Shown here in pieces: positions 11,726-24,117 of a stretch of DNA of 64,000 bases (its first letter is position 1; each line of letters starts with the position of its first letter). The notes under the pieces are model-generated. The model was given only the letters and a program-made list of their open reading frames with translations. It searched no databases and was not told the DNA's origin. Source of the stretch: Camelus ferus (Eukaryota); contig NC_045696.1 in the NCBI RefSeq assembly GCF_009834535.1, positions 58,344,001 to 58,408,000 of the forward strand, given 5' to 3'. Position numbers and translations under genes: made by a program.

Positions 11726-14330
11726 TTATTATTAGTCCCATTTTACAGATAAGGACACTGAGGTGCAATGGTATAATCTTTCACATTTTAGAGCTGAGAT
11801 TTGAACTTTTATTTTTCCATATCAGAGTGTTTTCTCTGATTATTTGTTAACATCCATAATTGCACTTAAAAACTTTTTAATAGAAAATGCATATCAGAGT
11901 AAAACACATACTAATTAACCATACTAATTAATCTAGTTAACCACATGGGTCCCTTGACCCCTACAGTAGCTCTCCAAGTCACAGAAGAGTGGAGAGTTAG
12001 CTCTGAAACCCCAGACCCCTAAAGTGCTCACCAAACCCACCTGTGCATGTTCATGTGGGTGTCATTTTTGCTTCTTGTGTTACAGTTCTAGTTTTTCTTC
12101 TCAATTCCTGAGAAAATAAATCCCTTTCTAGGCCTTCACTTATTTACTCTCTGACACGTTCTCTCTGGCAACATGAAGATAAGTGTGTACATGCACACAC
12201 GTACACAATTTTTAGGGGTGTGGAGAGAGAAGGCAGGCTGACTTTGTATGCTGCCCTTGGGCTGACACCCGGGGTAATCACATCTCACTCCCCAGACAGT
12301 CCAGGGCACCTCTTCACCTTCCTCTTTCTGGCTGTCCTGGCAAACACTTTTAGATTTGGACTGATGATAAGTCAGGAGGAAGTGAGGAGGGGAGGGGTGT
12401 GAAGATCAGAAGGAAGGACAGAGGCATGGCTGGTCCAGCAGACAGCACCAGGCTTCCTGGTAGATGAGCCAGATAAAGGGCCAAGTAAAGTGCTCAGTCC
12501 CAGGCAAGGGGGCAGGGGTCACTCTCAGGACATTTGGACCCAAGGAGGAACACAAGGTGTGGCCCCCCTCCTTAAAGACATTTGAAAACAAGAGCTCTAT
12601 TCTGTGCCTGTGATTCTGTCCGAGGACAATGATGAAGCCACAAAAGTCCTGGATCAGAAAGGATGGGTGTTGGCCAAGAAAACCTACACAGTGTCCCCAG
12701 AAGGGGATCTGAATCTTGTTAAGGAGAGAATCCCGGGGTGTAACCAAGAAGAGGCCCATACCTGGCACTTACAGGACCCGAGCAGAGCCAGACATCTGGA
12801 TAGGACATAGGGAGGCATCTGAAGGAGAACCCACTGCCTAAGTTGGGGTAGTAAACTGCTACCATGGTTGAGAGGTCCAGAAATACTCCTTTGCTCTGAC
12901 CAAAATGTCTCTCCTCTGGTGTTCCGTGGCTCCCAAAATCCTCATGGTGGGGGAACAATAGGTTGGCATAATGCCTTATCTGGACAAGGCAGCCCATAAA
13001 TTAACAGCATCTTAGCAGGACTAGGGGAGAAACAGTAACTCCCTGCAAATTACCTACTGTGCACACCACTGTGCTGGGACTACACAGTGCATCCGGAACG
13101 CTAGCCCGTGGAGAGCAGTCATTCAATATGTTATTATCCATTGAACCTATGGAGGGACACTAGTCGGGGGTGATGCTGGACTGTGATCAGGGCCATGGAA
13201 GGGGGTTGGATTTAATCCTATAGAGCAGGCAAAGAGAATCATCTGCGGTTTGGAACAGGAGGCTAACGTGGTGAGATGGGAGGCAGTGGGTGGACTTGAG
13301 TGAGGGAGGCCAGTAAGAGACAGGTACAACAGCCCCTGCCATTCCCTGAGACCTTGATTAGGGCAGAGACATCAACAACAAAAGAATGAAAACCTGTTAT
13401 CTACCTTTGTTGCATGAGGTAGGAACCTAAGGGATTGGAATACATAAGAGGAAACTGAGATGGAGAGGAATTTAAAAAAAAAGCAGGGATACAGTTGCCC
13501 AGAAAAGTTGGGCATGTGAGCCAAGTGAATAATAAGAGAAGATCTGATGAAGAGAACTTTGCCCCTGTCGATACGGCTTAGCACTGGCTCTGCCCCAAGT
13601 CTGGGAAATGAAGGGAGCTGGGATGGGTCCTTAATAGATCCTGGGGATGTTGCTGGCAGCTCAGATCCCAGCTGTTAGCTGAGAAGCACTGATTCTTAGG
13701 TAGAGGCAGCAGGCTCTTTCATTTCAATTAAATATGAATTTTCCCACCTCTGTTATTTGCTCAGTTCTGCACTGAGGCTGGAGAGGACACAGAGGATGAG
13801 CGATGCTTAAGGGATGATCATCATATTAGGAGTGTGAGGTGCATGCAAGAAGTAAATATCAGGTAAATGCCAGATTGGCTGCTCCAGGCAATAAACACCA
13901 GACAGGTCTTGGGGAGAGAAAGGGAAAGAAAGAGAGGGGAGAGAGAGAGAGCGCCCAAGGGACCTGTGTCCAGGAAGGATTCTTGTTGGAGGTGGGAGTT
14001 ATCTGGACCACACAGAAAATGTAGGCGTGGACAGACCCAGGGGAAGGAAGAGACACACAGTGGAGTTCTTTGTGAAAGTAAAAAAGTAGATATAGGAGAA
14101 AAACAACTATAATCTACTTAGACTTTTTTTTAAGATTTTGACAAAGTTCTCTAAGAAATGCTCTTTTAAAAGGTTGTCACCGTGGGGCTAAAGGAGGGAA
14201 TGATGTCTCTCTTCTCAAGATTATGAAATAGTTTAGATACAGAAATACAAAAAGTCAGAGCAAATTTTGGCTTCTCCAGATAGTGCACTGTTAAAACTCC
14301 CTTCTCAAGAATCTGTGTAATGAATTTTTC

Positions 14331-14744
14331 CAAAATGTGGTCTAGACATACAGTGGAATATTATTAAGCCTTAAAAAGGAAGGAAATTCTGACACATGCT
14401 ACAACATGGATGAACCTTGAGAACATTGTGTTAAGTGAAATAAACTAAACACAAAAGGACAAGTATTTTATGATTTTACTTGTGTGAGGTGCCTAGAATA
14501 GTCAAATTCGTAGCGACAGAGAGTAGAATGGTGGTTGTCAGGGACTAGGGTGATGAGGAAATGGGGGTTTAGTATTTAATGGGCATAGAGTTTCAGTTTG
14601 GGATGATAAAAAATTTCTGGAGGTGGTTGGTGGTGATGGTTGCACAACAATGTGAATGTCCTTAATGCCACTTGGCTGTACACTTCAAAAATCATGAAAA
14701 TGGAAATTTTTATGTTATGTGTATTTCACCACAGTTAAAAAAAA
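14331..14744 (+). mobile_element. L1MB-type LINE-1 3' end
   Basis: acaacatggatgaaccttgag...gtagaatggtggttgtcaggg...gtatttcaccacagttaaaaaaaa. Confidence 0.9.
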
Positions 14745-15004
14745 TATGTAGAATGATCCAGTTTATATATCAAACGGTAAATGTTTTAAAAATTATTAAC
14801 ATGCTAAATGTTTTATTATATACATCTTGCCACACCACCACCATAACAGCAAAAGCATCTACTCCAAGACTGATCAGATTCAACATCTTTAGAAATGTTC
14901 CAGAGGGGAAAGTCCTTTGAAAATCCTCTATGTTGCAGATGACTAAATGTATTTTGGTCACTGTAGAGATAAACTGACAGGCTCTGACAATAGGAGACAC
15001 CAGA

Positions 15005-15180
15005 GCCATGGTGGGTCTTCAATCCTGGGTGGACCATAGAATTGCCTGCAGGAGTTTCTAAAGCTATCTGGACCCCAGCCCCAGAGAGTCAGATTTAGTT
15101 CCCCTGGGGTGCGGCCAGGGGAATTGGTGGTGTTTCAAAGCTCTCAGGTGATTCTAATCTACAGCCAGGGTTAACTGCAG
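15005..15180. mobile_element. MER5A-like hAT-Charlie MITE
   Basis: ccccagagagtcagatttag...ctcaggtgattctaat...agccagggtt; similar remnants at 1-45 and ~33870-34015. Confidence 0.65.
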
Positions 15181-15214
15181 AGAACAGTAAGGTGGAAAAT
15201 CTCAGCCTCCCAGG

Positions 15215-15420
15215 GCCTGAGTGTAGGCTCTGCCCTTTCCCAGCTGTGGATGATCAACTTACTTAATCTCTGTTTCTTAATATTCCCATTTTCAAAACTG
15301 GGTAATAATTGTCCCTACCTTAGAGAGTTGCAGAGAGGATTAAGAAAGATACTGCACACTTAGCACAGTGCCTAGGGCATTTTAAGAGCTCACTAAATGT
15401 TAATTATCATTGTTATCAAC
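15215..15420 (+). mobile_element. MIR SINE
   Basis: ttacttaatctctgtttc...aaaactgggtaataattgtccctacct...cacttagcacagtgcct. Confidence 0.75.
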
Positions 15421-18400
15421 TGAGTTTGTAGAAATTGGCAGAAAAGGAGCAGATGGATTTAACATGGCATGTGCAGATATGTTTAAAAATAAACAAATCC
15501 AAACTTTGTAACTAACATCTCTGTCAAAAACCAGAAAAGGGCCTGTGTCTTTGCAGGCCTTTTCCCTTCCAGTCCATGAGTTTGAACTACTGCTTTGCTC
15601 CACAAGCCAAGAAAACACACATCAGACATCAGCAAGGAGTTGGGGGCGGGGGGGACTAAAAATAACTGAGCCCACGCCCTTGCATTTCTCTAAACACTGT
15701 ATGTCTTTCCCTCATTGATTTGTGGCAAGTTCCAGTCGCTGAACCTGTGAAGGGATGTTCTGACTGACACTGAAGAAAGAACAGAGACAGAACAATCAAG
15801 GGAAGACAGGCCAGAAAGGCTAGAATTCTCCAGACTGGAAAAGGACACGATGGAAAGCAGTGAACTCATCAATAACCAGGAGAAGGTGAACAAGGACTGA
15901 TTCAATCCAAACACCTGCTGGAGGGGAAGATGAGTGAGGAACACTTAGAACAAATAAAAGAAATGGGTAATAAACTCGTGAAACACATTACTCCAGGATG
16001 TAGTGCATGAGGGAAATATAAATGAATCCACTGAGGTCTGGACAAGTTAATGTCAGAGATGTAAATGGATGCCCAGAGGAGCTGACATATGCCCACCTTG
16101 AAGGCTGACCTCAGAGAAGGTGGTGGGCGTGTCCTTTCCAGTGTTGGACTGGGCAGACCATGGTCTGACCAAGATGTGCATTCCAATTTTCTCAGTGCCC
16201 TTAGGGAGGGATTTGGCAAAGGTTTGGGAATGAATATGAGTGTGCTGCGTTCAGGGACAGTGAGAAAACTGGCTTGGCTGGAGTAAACGGGCCATGTGAG
16301 GAAGTGAGGGGGCCTCGTCTGGATGTGCAAGGCTGGGTTAGTTTTGTCAAGGGTACCCAGACCCGGTGCTGAGGAGCTGAAACCAGTCCAAGAACCACAG
16401 AATGTTGTAGCTTGTCTAGCTCAAGCTCTTCTTTTAAAGGATGAAATGCTTGAGCCCAAGGAGTTGAATTAACTCCCCCAAGGCCCTATCATGCATTAAC
16501 AGCAGAGCAGAGGTGGGAATCCTGAAGCTTTTCCATTACACCATGCAATGGACTGGGGCTAGGAAGGACTTTGGAGAAAGACCATTCCTAAATCCATAAC
16601 CCTCAGCAACTGCCTTGACTTCTTAGAGCTGCTGGAATAACTTGGCATAAACCTCTCCAGGCCACATTACCCTGAGGGTAGAGGAAGAGACTTGGGCAGA
16701 ATTCACAAGCTGCATTTTGCAAGCTCCACCTCCGTTAGTTCTGGAGGAATTGTAGCTCTCCCCACATTCCTCCCAGTTAGTCCTTGCAAGCCCCAGCATA
16801 GATCTCAACCAAGTCCCGGACCCATGTCCTGTCGGCTGCCCTTGCTTATGTTATGCCCAAGGGATAAACTCCTTGCTTCGGTTGTCTGGGTTAATGTCAG
16901 CAGCCTCTCCTGATGACCCATTTGAATGTCCTTCTGATGTCCAACAGTATCTCCAAGTTAAGTGTTCTGATGTTTGTGTAGAAGGCCCTGTCTCCCAGGG
17001 TGCAGAAACCATGGCTCACGCTCTCCTTTGGTATTGTTTCTTGAACATGGATCTGAAGCAATGTTTGGTGTTTGTCCTGCAGCCGCCGTGTCTTAGGTCC
17101 AGGGTCTGGGTCAGAGGACAGTCTGAGTAGGACACTTGCTGCTGCACACAGAATTGGCCCTCTCCTTTAAACCTGGTTCGTTGCTCTTGGATTTCTCACA
17201 GCTGTATCGCTAGCACCTAGCACAGTGTTGGGTATATGGCAGGTGCTCAATGAGTATTTGTTGAATGAATAGTGGGAAAATTTCTCTCTTCCACTGGATT
17301 CTTTCTTCAAACTTAGAAAATTATTTTTCCCCAAGGAGGCTCAAACCAGTCCTAGTATCCTTGTCCATCTCATTCTCTCTGCAGCTTCCAGGTGGGCTTG
17401 TCTGAACCTTAGGGTAAACATGGCTCAGGCTTCAGCTAGGATCCTATACATCTAGGATGCTTGCAGTGAGATCATGTAGATCAACGTGTCCAGCTCAGAG
17501 CCTGGGATATCACAGATTACTTAACACCATTATTTCTTTTCTTTCTTTTGCCTAACTAGGATCACTGACTCAGAAGAGGGGGAACTATCAAAGGCTTCAC
17601 ACAAAGAAATTGATTCAAAATGAAAGCAATTTGGAGTCAGGAAAATTACGGTGCATCCACACCTGGCATAATGTGGGTAGTTCTACTCACTGAACCTTGA
17701 AGGGCTTATGAGGATTTTATTTATTACAATTTTCCTTTAGACCACATCTATTTCCAAAGAGGATTGAAGGCAGGTAAAAAAGTTAGAAAACAAACACATA
17801 CAAGATAATGAAAGAAAAGAAAAATATATCAACCAGCAGATCGGGTTCACGTAATAAAAGAATGGAGAGAATGAAAAGTGAAGGTGGGTGGAGGTGAGAT
17901 TGTTTGATTGTTTGTGGAAACAGACTGACAGGTCCCAGGGGCAGGGCCCGATGGCTGGGGAGGGCAGAGATGGTTGTCGGTGGATGCCTGTGGCACAGGT
18001 TAGTGTGTTTGGGATGGGGGCTGAAGAGGTACATTCAAGGGAGCTCCTGGGTAAAGGGGATGTGCTTGGTGTTTCTTTAATCATTCTAAGGAGAAAGCAG
18101 AAACCTGGTTAAAAGAGGGTAGATTTGAACTTGGCAATGAAAAATAGTACTTCTTTGAAGGAGGCAATTTGCATGGATGTAACAGAGTGATATTCGAGGC
18201 ATTAACCACTGTGTTCTTTTCTTCTCCTCTTTTTCCTCTACTCCATCTCATTCTGGCCTCAAGGCAAAGGAAGAGAAAGCCCTCTGGATTTTTTAGACCT
18301 TGAGAGTGGCAAGAAAGTACTTCTAGGTCCTATGAGTGGGGCAAGTTAGCTGAGAGAGAGTGTACCGGACGGAGCCTCAGCCCTGGGAGGAGTGTCCCAT

Positions 18401-20729
18401 GCATCAGAAGGGTGTGGTCTAGATGGCCCCACAGCCATCTGAGGGGGAATGTGAGCACAACTCGGGGATCCCCAGCACCAGGACATTGCAGTCTCTGCTC
18501 AAAGGAGGATAAAACATTACCCCAGTCAACCCAACTATGAGGCCTGTAGAAGCTGCAGACAGACCCCACAATCCACTTACAACCCCGCTACCGGGGGAGC
18601 AGTTGCAGGATCCCACCTTCCCCCAGGAACTCAATACTGTCCCCAAAGGGAAAGGGAAAATCATTTTGGATTGACTAAGTATTAAATAAAAAATGATTAA
18701 GAAATACTTATTACTTGTAAGTGACTAGAATACATTTCTTGCATCAAGCAGAATAGGGGCCTGAGGTCAGAAATTACCTTGAATTATAAGAAAATGAAGT
18801 TACATGTTTGCACACCCTGGTCTGTGGATGTGAAAATTTGTACCTGCTATTTTGGCTTTTATGGTCACTGTTGCTATAGTAATACTTCAGTTAACCAGAC
18901 AGCATTCTTCCTGGAGCTTTAAGCATCAGGAATAACCCCTAAGTGGAGATGAAAGCTATTTCTAATGACAAATAATCCCTGGATGTGAAGTGACAATGAA
19001 AACAGTAAAAGGAGGAAAGGTCTGAAGAGCTCACGCTGAGACTGGTTGATTTGTATGCCAGACGCCCTTCTACTCTCTTCTCTCTTTCATCACATCTAAG
19101 TCATGTGAACTTGGACAAGTCATTTAACCTCCCTGAGACCAAGCACTGTGGAGGGAGACTTGTGAAAGTGCTTGGAAACCGTAATGAGCTGCACGTGTTG
19201 TACATGTGATTCCTCTGTTAGAGGACCACTTCCGGTCTCGCTGGGTCCTACTTGTCTCTTAGCCCCTAGGACAGTGTTTGGCACAGGCTTTAAATATTTG
19301 CTGTGCTATGAGAGCACAAGGCCATCTTATGACAGTACCAGTTAAAGAACTTTCTTTTCCTCCTTCCCACTCCTTCCTCAGCTGTGGCCGTGAACGGAGG
19401 AGAAGCAGCAGGTAGTGAGAAGAGAAAACAGGCTGACCACTCTTGTTGCCAAAGACAGACAGCTTGTTTGCAACTGATCCCAGTTGGGGAGTTGAGGGAA
19501 GTCTTATCTTTGATTGAAGAGTAAAGTGCTAATAAAATTAACATTCTATTGTTGAATTTAAAATTGTATTTGCATCTTAAATTGATCAGAGGCTGTTTTA
19601 TTATTTAAAAGTGAGTAGCGTTTACGCATTCAGAGACAGATTTCCTCCACTAAGCAGGTTTAAGAGACATGGGAAGCAGAAAAAAAAGTTGTTTTATTAG
19701 TACATCCGATGCGTCTTGTTTACTGACTGTGCATTGCTTTCCAGCAGTGCTCAGCTGTTGCTGTGGGTGGTTGCATTTGCCTGCCCAGCATCCAGCCTCC
19801 TCTGGTCCCAGCACCCTGGTTTCCCTGTGGGAAATGACTGCCCGCAGGCTGCAGTTTTAGTAGACATCATAATCAAGGTGCCCACTCCCTCTGGCTAAGA
19901 GAAGAGCATGTAGCCAAGCTAAGCCATTGGACTCTCTCTCCAGAGTCTTGGACCTTGAGGGCTGGACTAGCATTCTGGAGTTAATTCATCCCAGCGACTG
20001 AGATTAGCTCCTCTACCCAGATCTCTGGAACGTCCCTTGATTCTATGGGCTTCCCCATGTCCGTCAAATAAATTCCTTTTCCACATAAATGAGCCATTGC
20101 CAGTTTCTGCTGCTCGCAATGGAAAAATCCTAAGTGTCAAACCGGAGGGAAACCACATGTGCCAGAACAGAGCTGGCGATGTGACAAATGTCATCCTATG
20201 GAGGATTCCCAAGTTCCTCTAATGAAAATGTCACAGGGCACATGTCAGCTTTTGTGGAAAAGGAATGTGGCCAGTTATAAAAGGTGACAGGTGGGCAGGT
20301 AAGTAGATAGCCAGACATATAGGTAGATATGGATCAACTTTTTATTTCATGTATCGTGTAGTCATCCCCTCTCTGGCCTAGTGCTAATTGAAACAGCAAG
20401 TGGCTGTGAATGAACAAGTATGGTTGATGGAGTCATGTATTTTCTGAAGGGCTGCTTTGGCATTCAAAATGAGACACGGATTTAAGATGTTATACCAAGT
20501 TAGTGAAAAGTAATCACTTTGTTATGAAGCTGTAGACCAGTTTTGTGGCTTTTTCAAGGAACTCATTTCTGAATACTCTTAAGCAGTTTTATAGTGTTTC
20601 TGAAACCAGTTATTGTGTGAGGCTTAATGATCTCTCTCCCGGTAGGTGTCAGTGAATCAAATGTCCTGAGGTTTAAGAGAATAAAATAGATTAAAATCAA
20701 GAAATGTGCATTGAGCCCTGTAGCAGACA

Positions 20730-21215
20730 TTATTCGTACCCTGCCCAACAGTCAACCCCCTACCCCTGCTTCTGTTTAGATATTAGACAGTCATGTATAT
20801 CAGGGATAGGTCACCCCAGCCTCAGTCCAATGGACAGCCTTAGTCATTCAAAAGTCTTTGAAAAGGACATGACTGAACTTTTGTCAGTGAGATGTTAGTA
20901 TCCATTTGCTCTGTAGAACATTCCTAGAGAAGTTTCTCAGTCTTAAACAGAGGCACAAGAAACAGATTGCTCCTTTTCTGCCTCTGAATGGTGTGTGAGG
21001 ATGTGATACCTGGAGAAAGTGCAGCTATCATGTGACCATGAGGAAAGCTAGCTCGTATACTTAGGATGGCAGAGAGGAAAGCTAGAACTTGGACCATTGA
21101 TGATATTAAGCCAATTAACTGACCAACCCTAAAACTGCCTTACCTTTAGCCTTCTTGTTAAATCTCTATTGTTCAATCCTTTTGAGTTGTTTTCTGTTAT
21201 TTGAAAGCCTTTTTT
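20730..21215 (+). mobile_element. MaLR LTR (MLT1I/J-like)
   Basis: gaggatgtgatacctggag...gcagctatcatgtgaccatgagg...gttttctgttatttgaaagcc. Confidence 0.65.
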
Positions 21216-21317
21216 CCCCTTGGGGTGTTTGCAGTCTTTTTTTAAAAATTTCACAGAATAGATCTTTCAAATATATGTCAACAGTTGCTCTCAAAGATAT
21301 TTTTTCCTAACTGGTAC

Positions 21318-21823
21318 TGTTAAAAAACAAAATTCAACCAAGTAAATATTTTTCTATTTGGATTTATTCAATGATTTATGAAGCAGGCAGCATCCTATCT
21401 AGCAAATAGAGTTACACAAGAGGAAAAAAATTTATTGTCAGGAAAGGGGTGGGACAAGAAAGTAAAAAATGAGTCTCGAAGGTAGTACCCTGCTGTGACT
21501 CCCCTTTGCCTGGCAAAGCAATAAAGCTGCTCTTTTCTTTGCTGCCCCCCCCCCAACAAAAGAAAGAAAAAAGAAAGTCATAAACAAACTAACAAACAAA
21601 AAGGATTATTTCATGCAAGGTCACTTTCCTCTGGGGGACAAAGGGCCTCTTAGGCAGGTTACCCCACTGGTGTTGCCTGGGAAATTTCAGACTGATGGGC
21701 TGCAGTTAGGTTAGGTATGAAGTCTTGGTTTGGTGACATGAGCTCAGCACAAGTGATTCCATTTTTGTGCTTGTTATTACTTTTCTAGCTTTTTTCTTCT
21801 CTCTCTCTCTCTCTTTTTAAACA
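21318..21823 (-). mobile_element. 3' LTR of the provirus (contains a nested ~107 bp insert)
   Basis: Plus strand tgttaaaaaac...ttttaaaca; colinear with 29668-30065 apart from the insert. Confidence 0.85.
21464..21570 (+). mobile_element. Retroposed 3' end of an LTR transcript (AATAAA plus A-rich tail) nested in the 3' LTR
   Basis: Absent from the 5' LTR; AATAAA at 21520; flanked by AAGAAAGT at 21456-21463 and 21571-21578; homologous to the reverse complement of ~26020-26095. Confidence 0.7.
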
Positions 21824-22080
21824 GTTCGACCCTTGTGATCAAACACTCAGCTTAACTGAGATATGTGAACAAAATGTAAGGCACTGGCATCATTCCCAGC
21901 TACTACTCACAGCTTTTGTTGATCCTTTGTGTGTTATCTACAGGTCATGATGTTTTTGCTTAATCTCTGTGATATTTACAGGTCATGGCTCCGGGTTCAC
22001 AATCCTTAAATTGGCCATTTTCTTGGCTTCTTTTCTAATGTTCTAGTCTTAGAGAAATCATTTGCTTGGTGTTTGCGGCT

Positions 22081-22799
22081 GCAAACATGCATTAAAGCCT
22101 TTGAGAGAATACAACGTGCCAGGGAAAGTATTATAATTATTATAAATAGGATAATTCCCAATGTCTAGTGTGTACTTTGGAGACATGATCGCCAGGACCC
22201 AAACCAATCAAAATCAAACAAGTCAAAGAAAGACCCCATTGAAGGAGTCACCTTTTAAATCCAAGTGACTTGCTCAGTGATCTTATGTAACTGAGCCTTA
22301 AAATCCCCAGAAATGTTAACCTAGGTACAGCAGATGGTGTTGGCCCCAACACAGACACCTCCTTGCTCAGCTCAAAGATAATCAAGGGCTATTCCATTAT
22401 TAAGAACAACTTTGGCAACAGAGTCTAAGGATTTGCAGAGGGCAGCTATTGGTCTAACAGTACGTTCTGCAGTATCGTCAAGAGTTAAGGAGATATTCCT
22501 GATCATAGAGTTGTTTGTACTCATTCCTAGCCAGGGAATTAGGGACCTGAGAAAGGAAGCGAATTCTGAATTGTGAAAGCCTCCTGGTAGGTCCTTTCTA
22601 ATTCAATGATGTAAATTCAGGGGAGTTGACCAATGAGGTGTCTCTGTGTGAATAGGGGCACAGTTAGCTGACCTAAGAGGTGTTGACCGCTTATGCACCT
22701 GCTATCTAGGCATTCACAGACTCAAGGAGAATGATAACCACCACAGACAAAAATAAATCCTGTCCTTGTACAAACCACTTCCACTAAGGTGGCGTTGTT
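22081..22799 (-). pseudogene. env: Gamma-type retroviral env remnant (SU C-terminus plus TM subunit)
   Basis: Manual translation gives VCTRTGFIFVCGG..CL (SU), a frameshift, then *IRK|DLPGG..FASFLRSLIPWLG (decayed furin site and fusion peptide). It continues SLDSVAKVVLNNGIALDYL*AEQGGVCVGANTICCT* (immunosuppressive domain and CX6CC) and LGIILFIIIIILSLARCIL (TM). Five stops lie in the 22081-22659 frame. Confidence 0.88.
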
Positions 22800-23984
22800 A
22801 ATAGATTTATTCGCAAGGATTGTTGCATTTACCTATTCAAGCCTGTTCAAGCCAGAGGTCTGTTAGGTTTTTACCTAGCCTGAAATAAAAAGTTGTTCTA
22901 AATTTTAGAGGTCCCACCCCTTAGCAATGGCCTGGGAGATATGGATGATAGCATTATCTTTCCAGGCCAGTGCCAGAGTAAGAAAAAGAAAGGGAAGAAA
23001 AAAGGATTTCATGTGTAGTTTAAGTATGAAGTCTTGATCCAGCATCTTGGAAGGAAACAGTGTGCCTTCGATGTCAGCTACTTCTCTTCCTTTTTTCCTC
23101 AAAAAAAGTTGATTTGACTTGGAGGTCTCTAGCATTCATACAGGACCAAATGTCAGGTGAAGTCTTCAGCTGTGAAATGTATATCCAAAGTTCAAGTCCC
23201 TGAAGTTTGGCTGCGATCTGGGTAGTGAGGAGGATCTGGTATAGTCCCTTTCAAGCAAATTCAAAGGTAATCTTTGTTTGTACTAATTCCTAATCAGAAG
23301 GGTGGGAGAAAATTGAAATCACTAGTTTGGAGAGTCATAGCCCCATGTTTGAGGAAACTAGAGTTCAGAATCCAGTTCAATTTATAGGTATAAAACAAAA
23401 CCCCAAAGACAATTAACAGGACTAGAATGTAACATAGACAAAGGTGCAAACATAATTTGTCTCTCTACAATTATCCCCATTTCTTTTTTCCAAGGGTAAT
23501 CATAATAAAACAATTTGTATACATTAAATTTGGATTGATTATTTACAGAAATGCAGCAAAAATAGTGATTGACCATATCAATGGCTTTGCTGGAACCTTG
23601 TAAGCAAGGTACCAGGTTGATTTTCCAAGGAGTCTTATTGGCACCAAAAAGTCAACCTTAATTCCTTAAAGCTGAATTTATCAAATCTTGAGTCTATGCA
23701 TATCTCTCTCAAGTATGACAATCCTGTCAAAGCCTTGGTAACATAGCTAATGTTTCCAATTGTGTTCTGTCACAGGGAGAATAGATTTTTATTAAACTTA
23801 TGCAAATAACTGTGTTGCCATTAAAAAAAATACTTGAAAGTTTCCAAATTTTGGAGAGATCAGGTGGGGAAAAAAAGTAAATGTTTCATCTTTGTTCACA
23901 AAGGTATATCTTATCAAATTGTTGCTAGCTCTAAGAGAAAAAGGTTTTCCTAAATCTGGAAAAATAAAACTAAAAGAATCAGCA

Positions 23985-24117
23985 GGGGGTTGGGGGTATA
24001 GCTCAGTGATATAGCTTATGCTTAGCGTGCATGAGGTCCTGGGTTCAATCCCCAGTACCTCCACTAAAAAAAAAAAAAAAAAAAAAAAAAGTGTATGTAA
24101 GGGCAAGAAGAAAAAAA
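23985..24117 (+). mobile_element. tRNA-Ala-derived SINE (camelid Vic-1 type) with a double A-tail
   Basis: GGGTATAGCTCAGTG...GAGGTCCTGGGTTCAATCCCCAGTACCTCCA (A and B boxes) followed by poly(A); TSD aaaagaatcagca / aaaagattgagca. Confidence 0.88.

Noticed and set aside
22081..22799. Possible functional syncytin-like gene
   Set aside because: Multiple in-frame stops (including in the furin site and ISD) and a frameshift; it cannot encode Env.
23990..24065. Apparent tRNA-Ala gene
   Set aside because: The poly(A) tail, TSD and mismatched stems show it is a SINE, not a tRNA gene. The same applies to 60064-60145.
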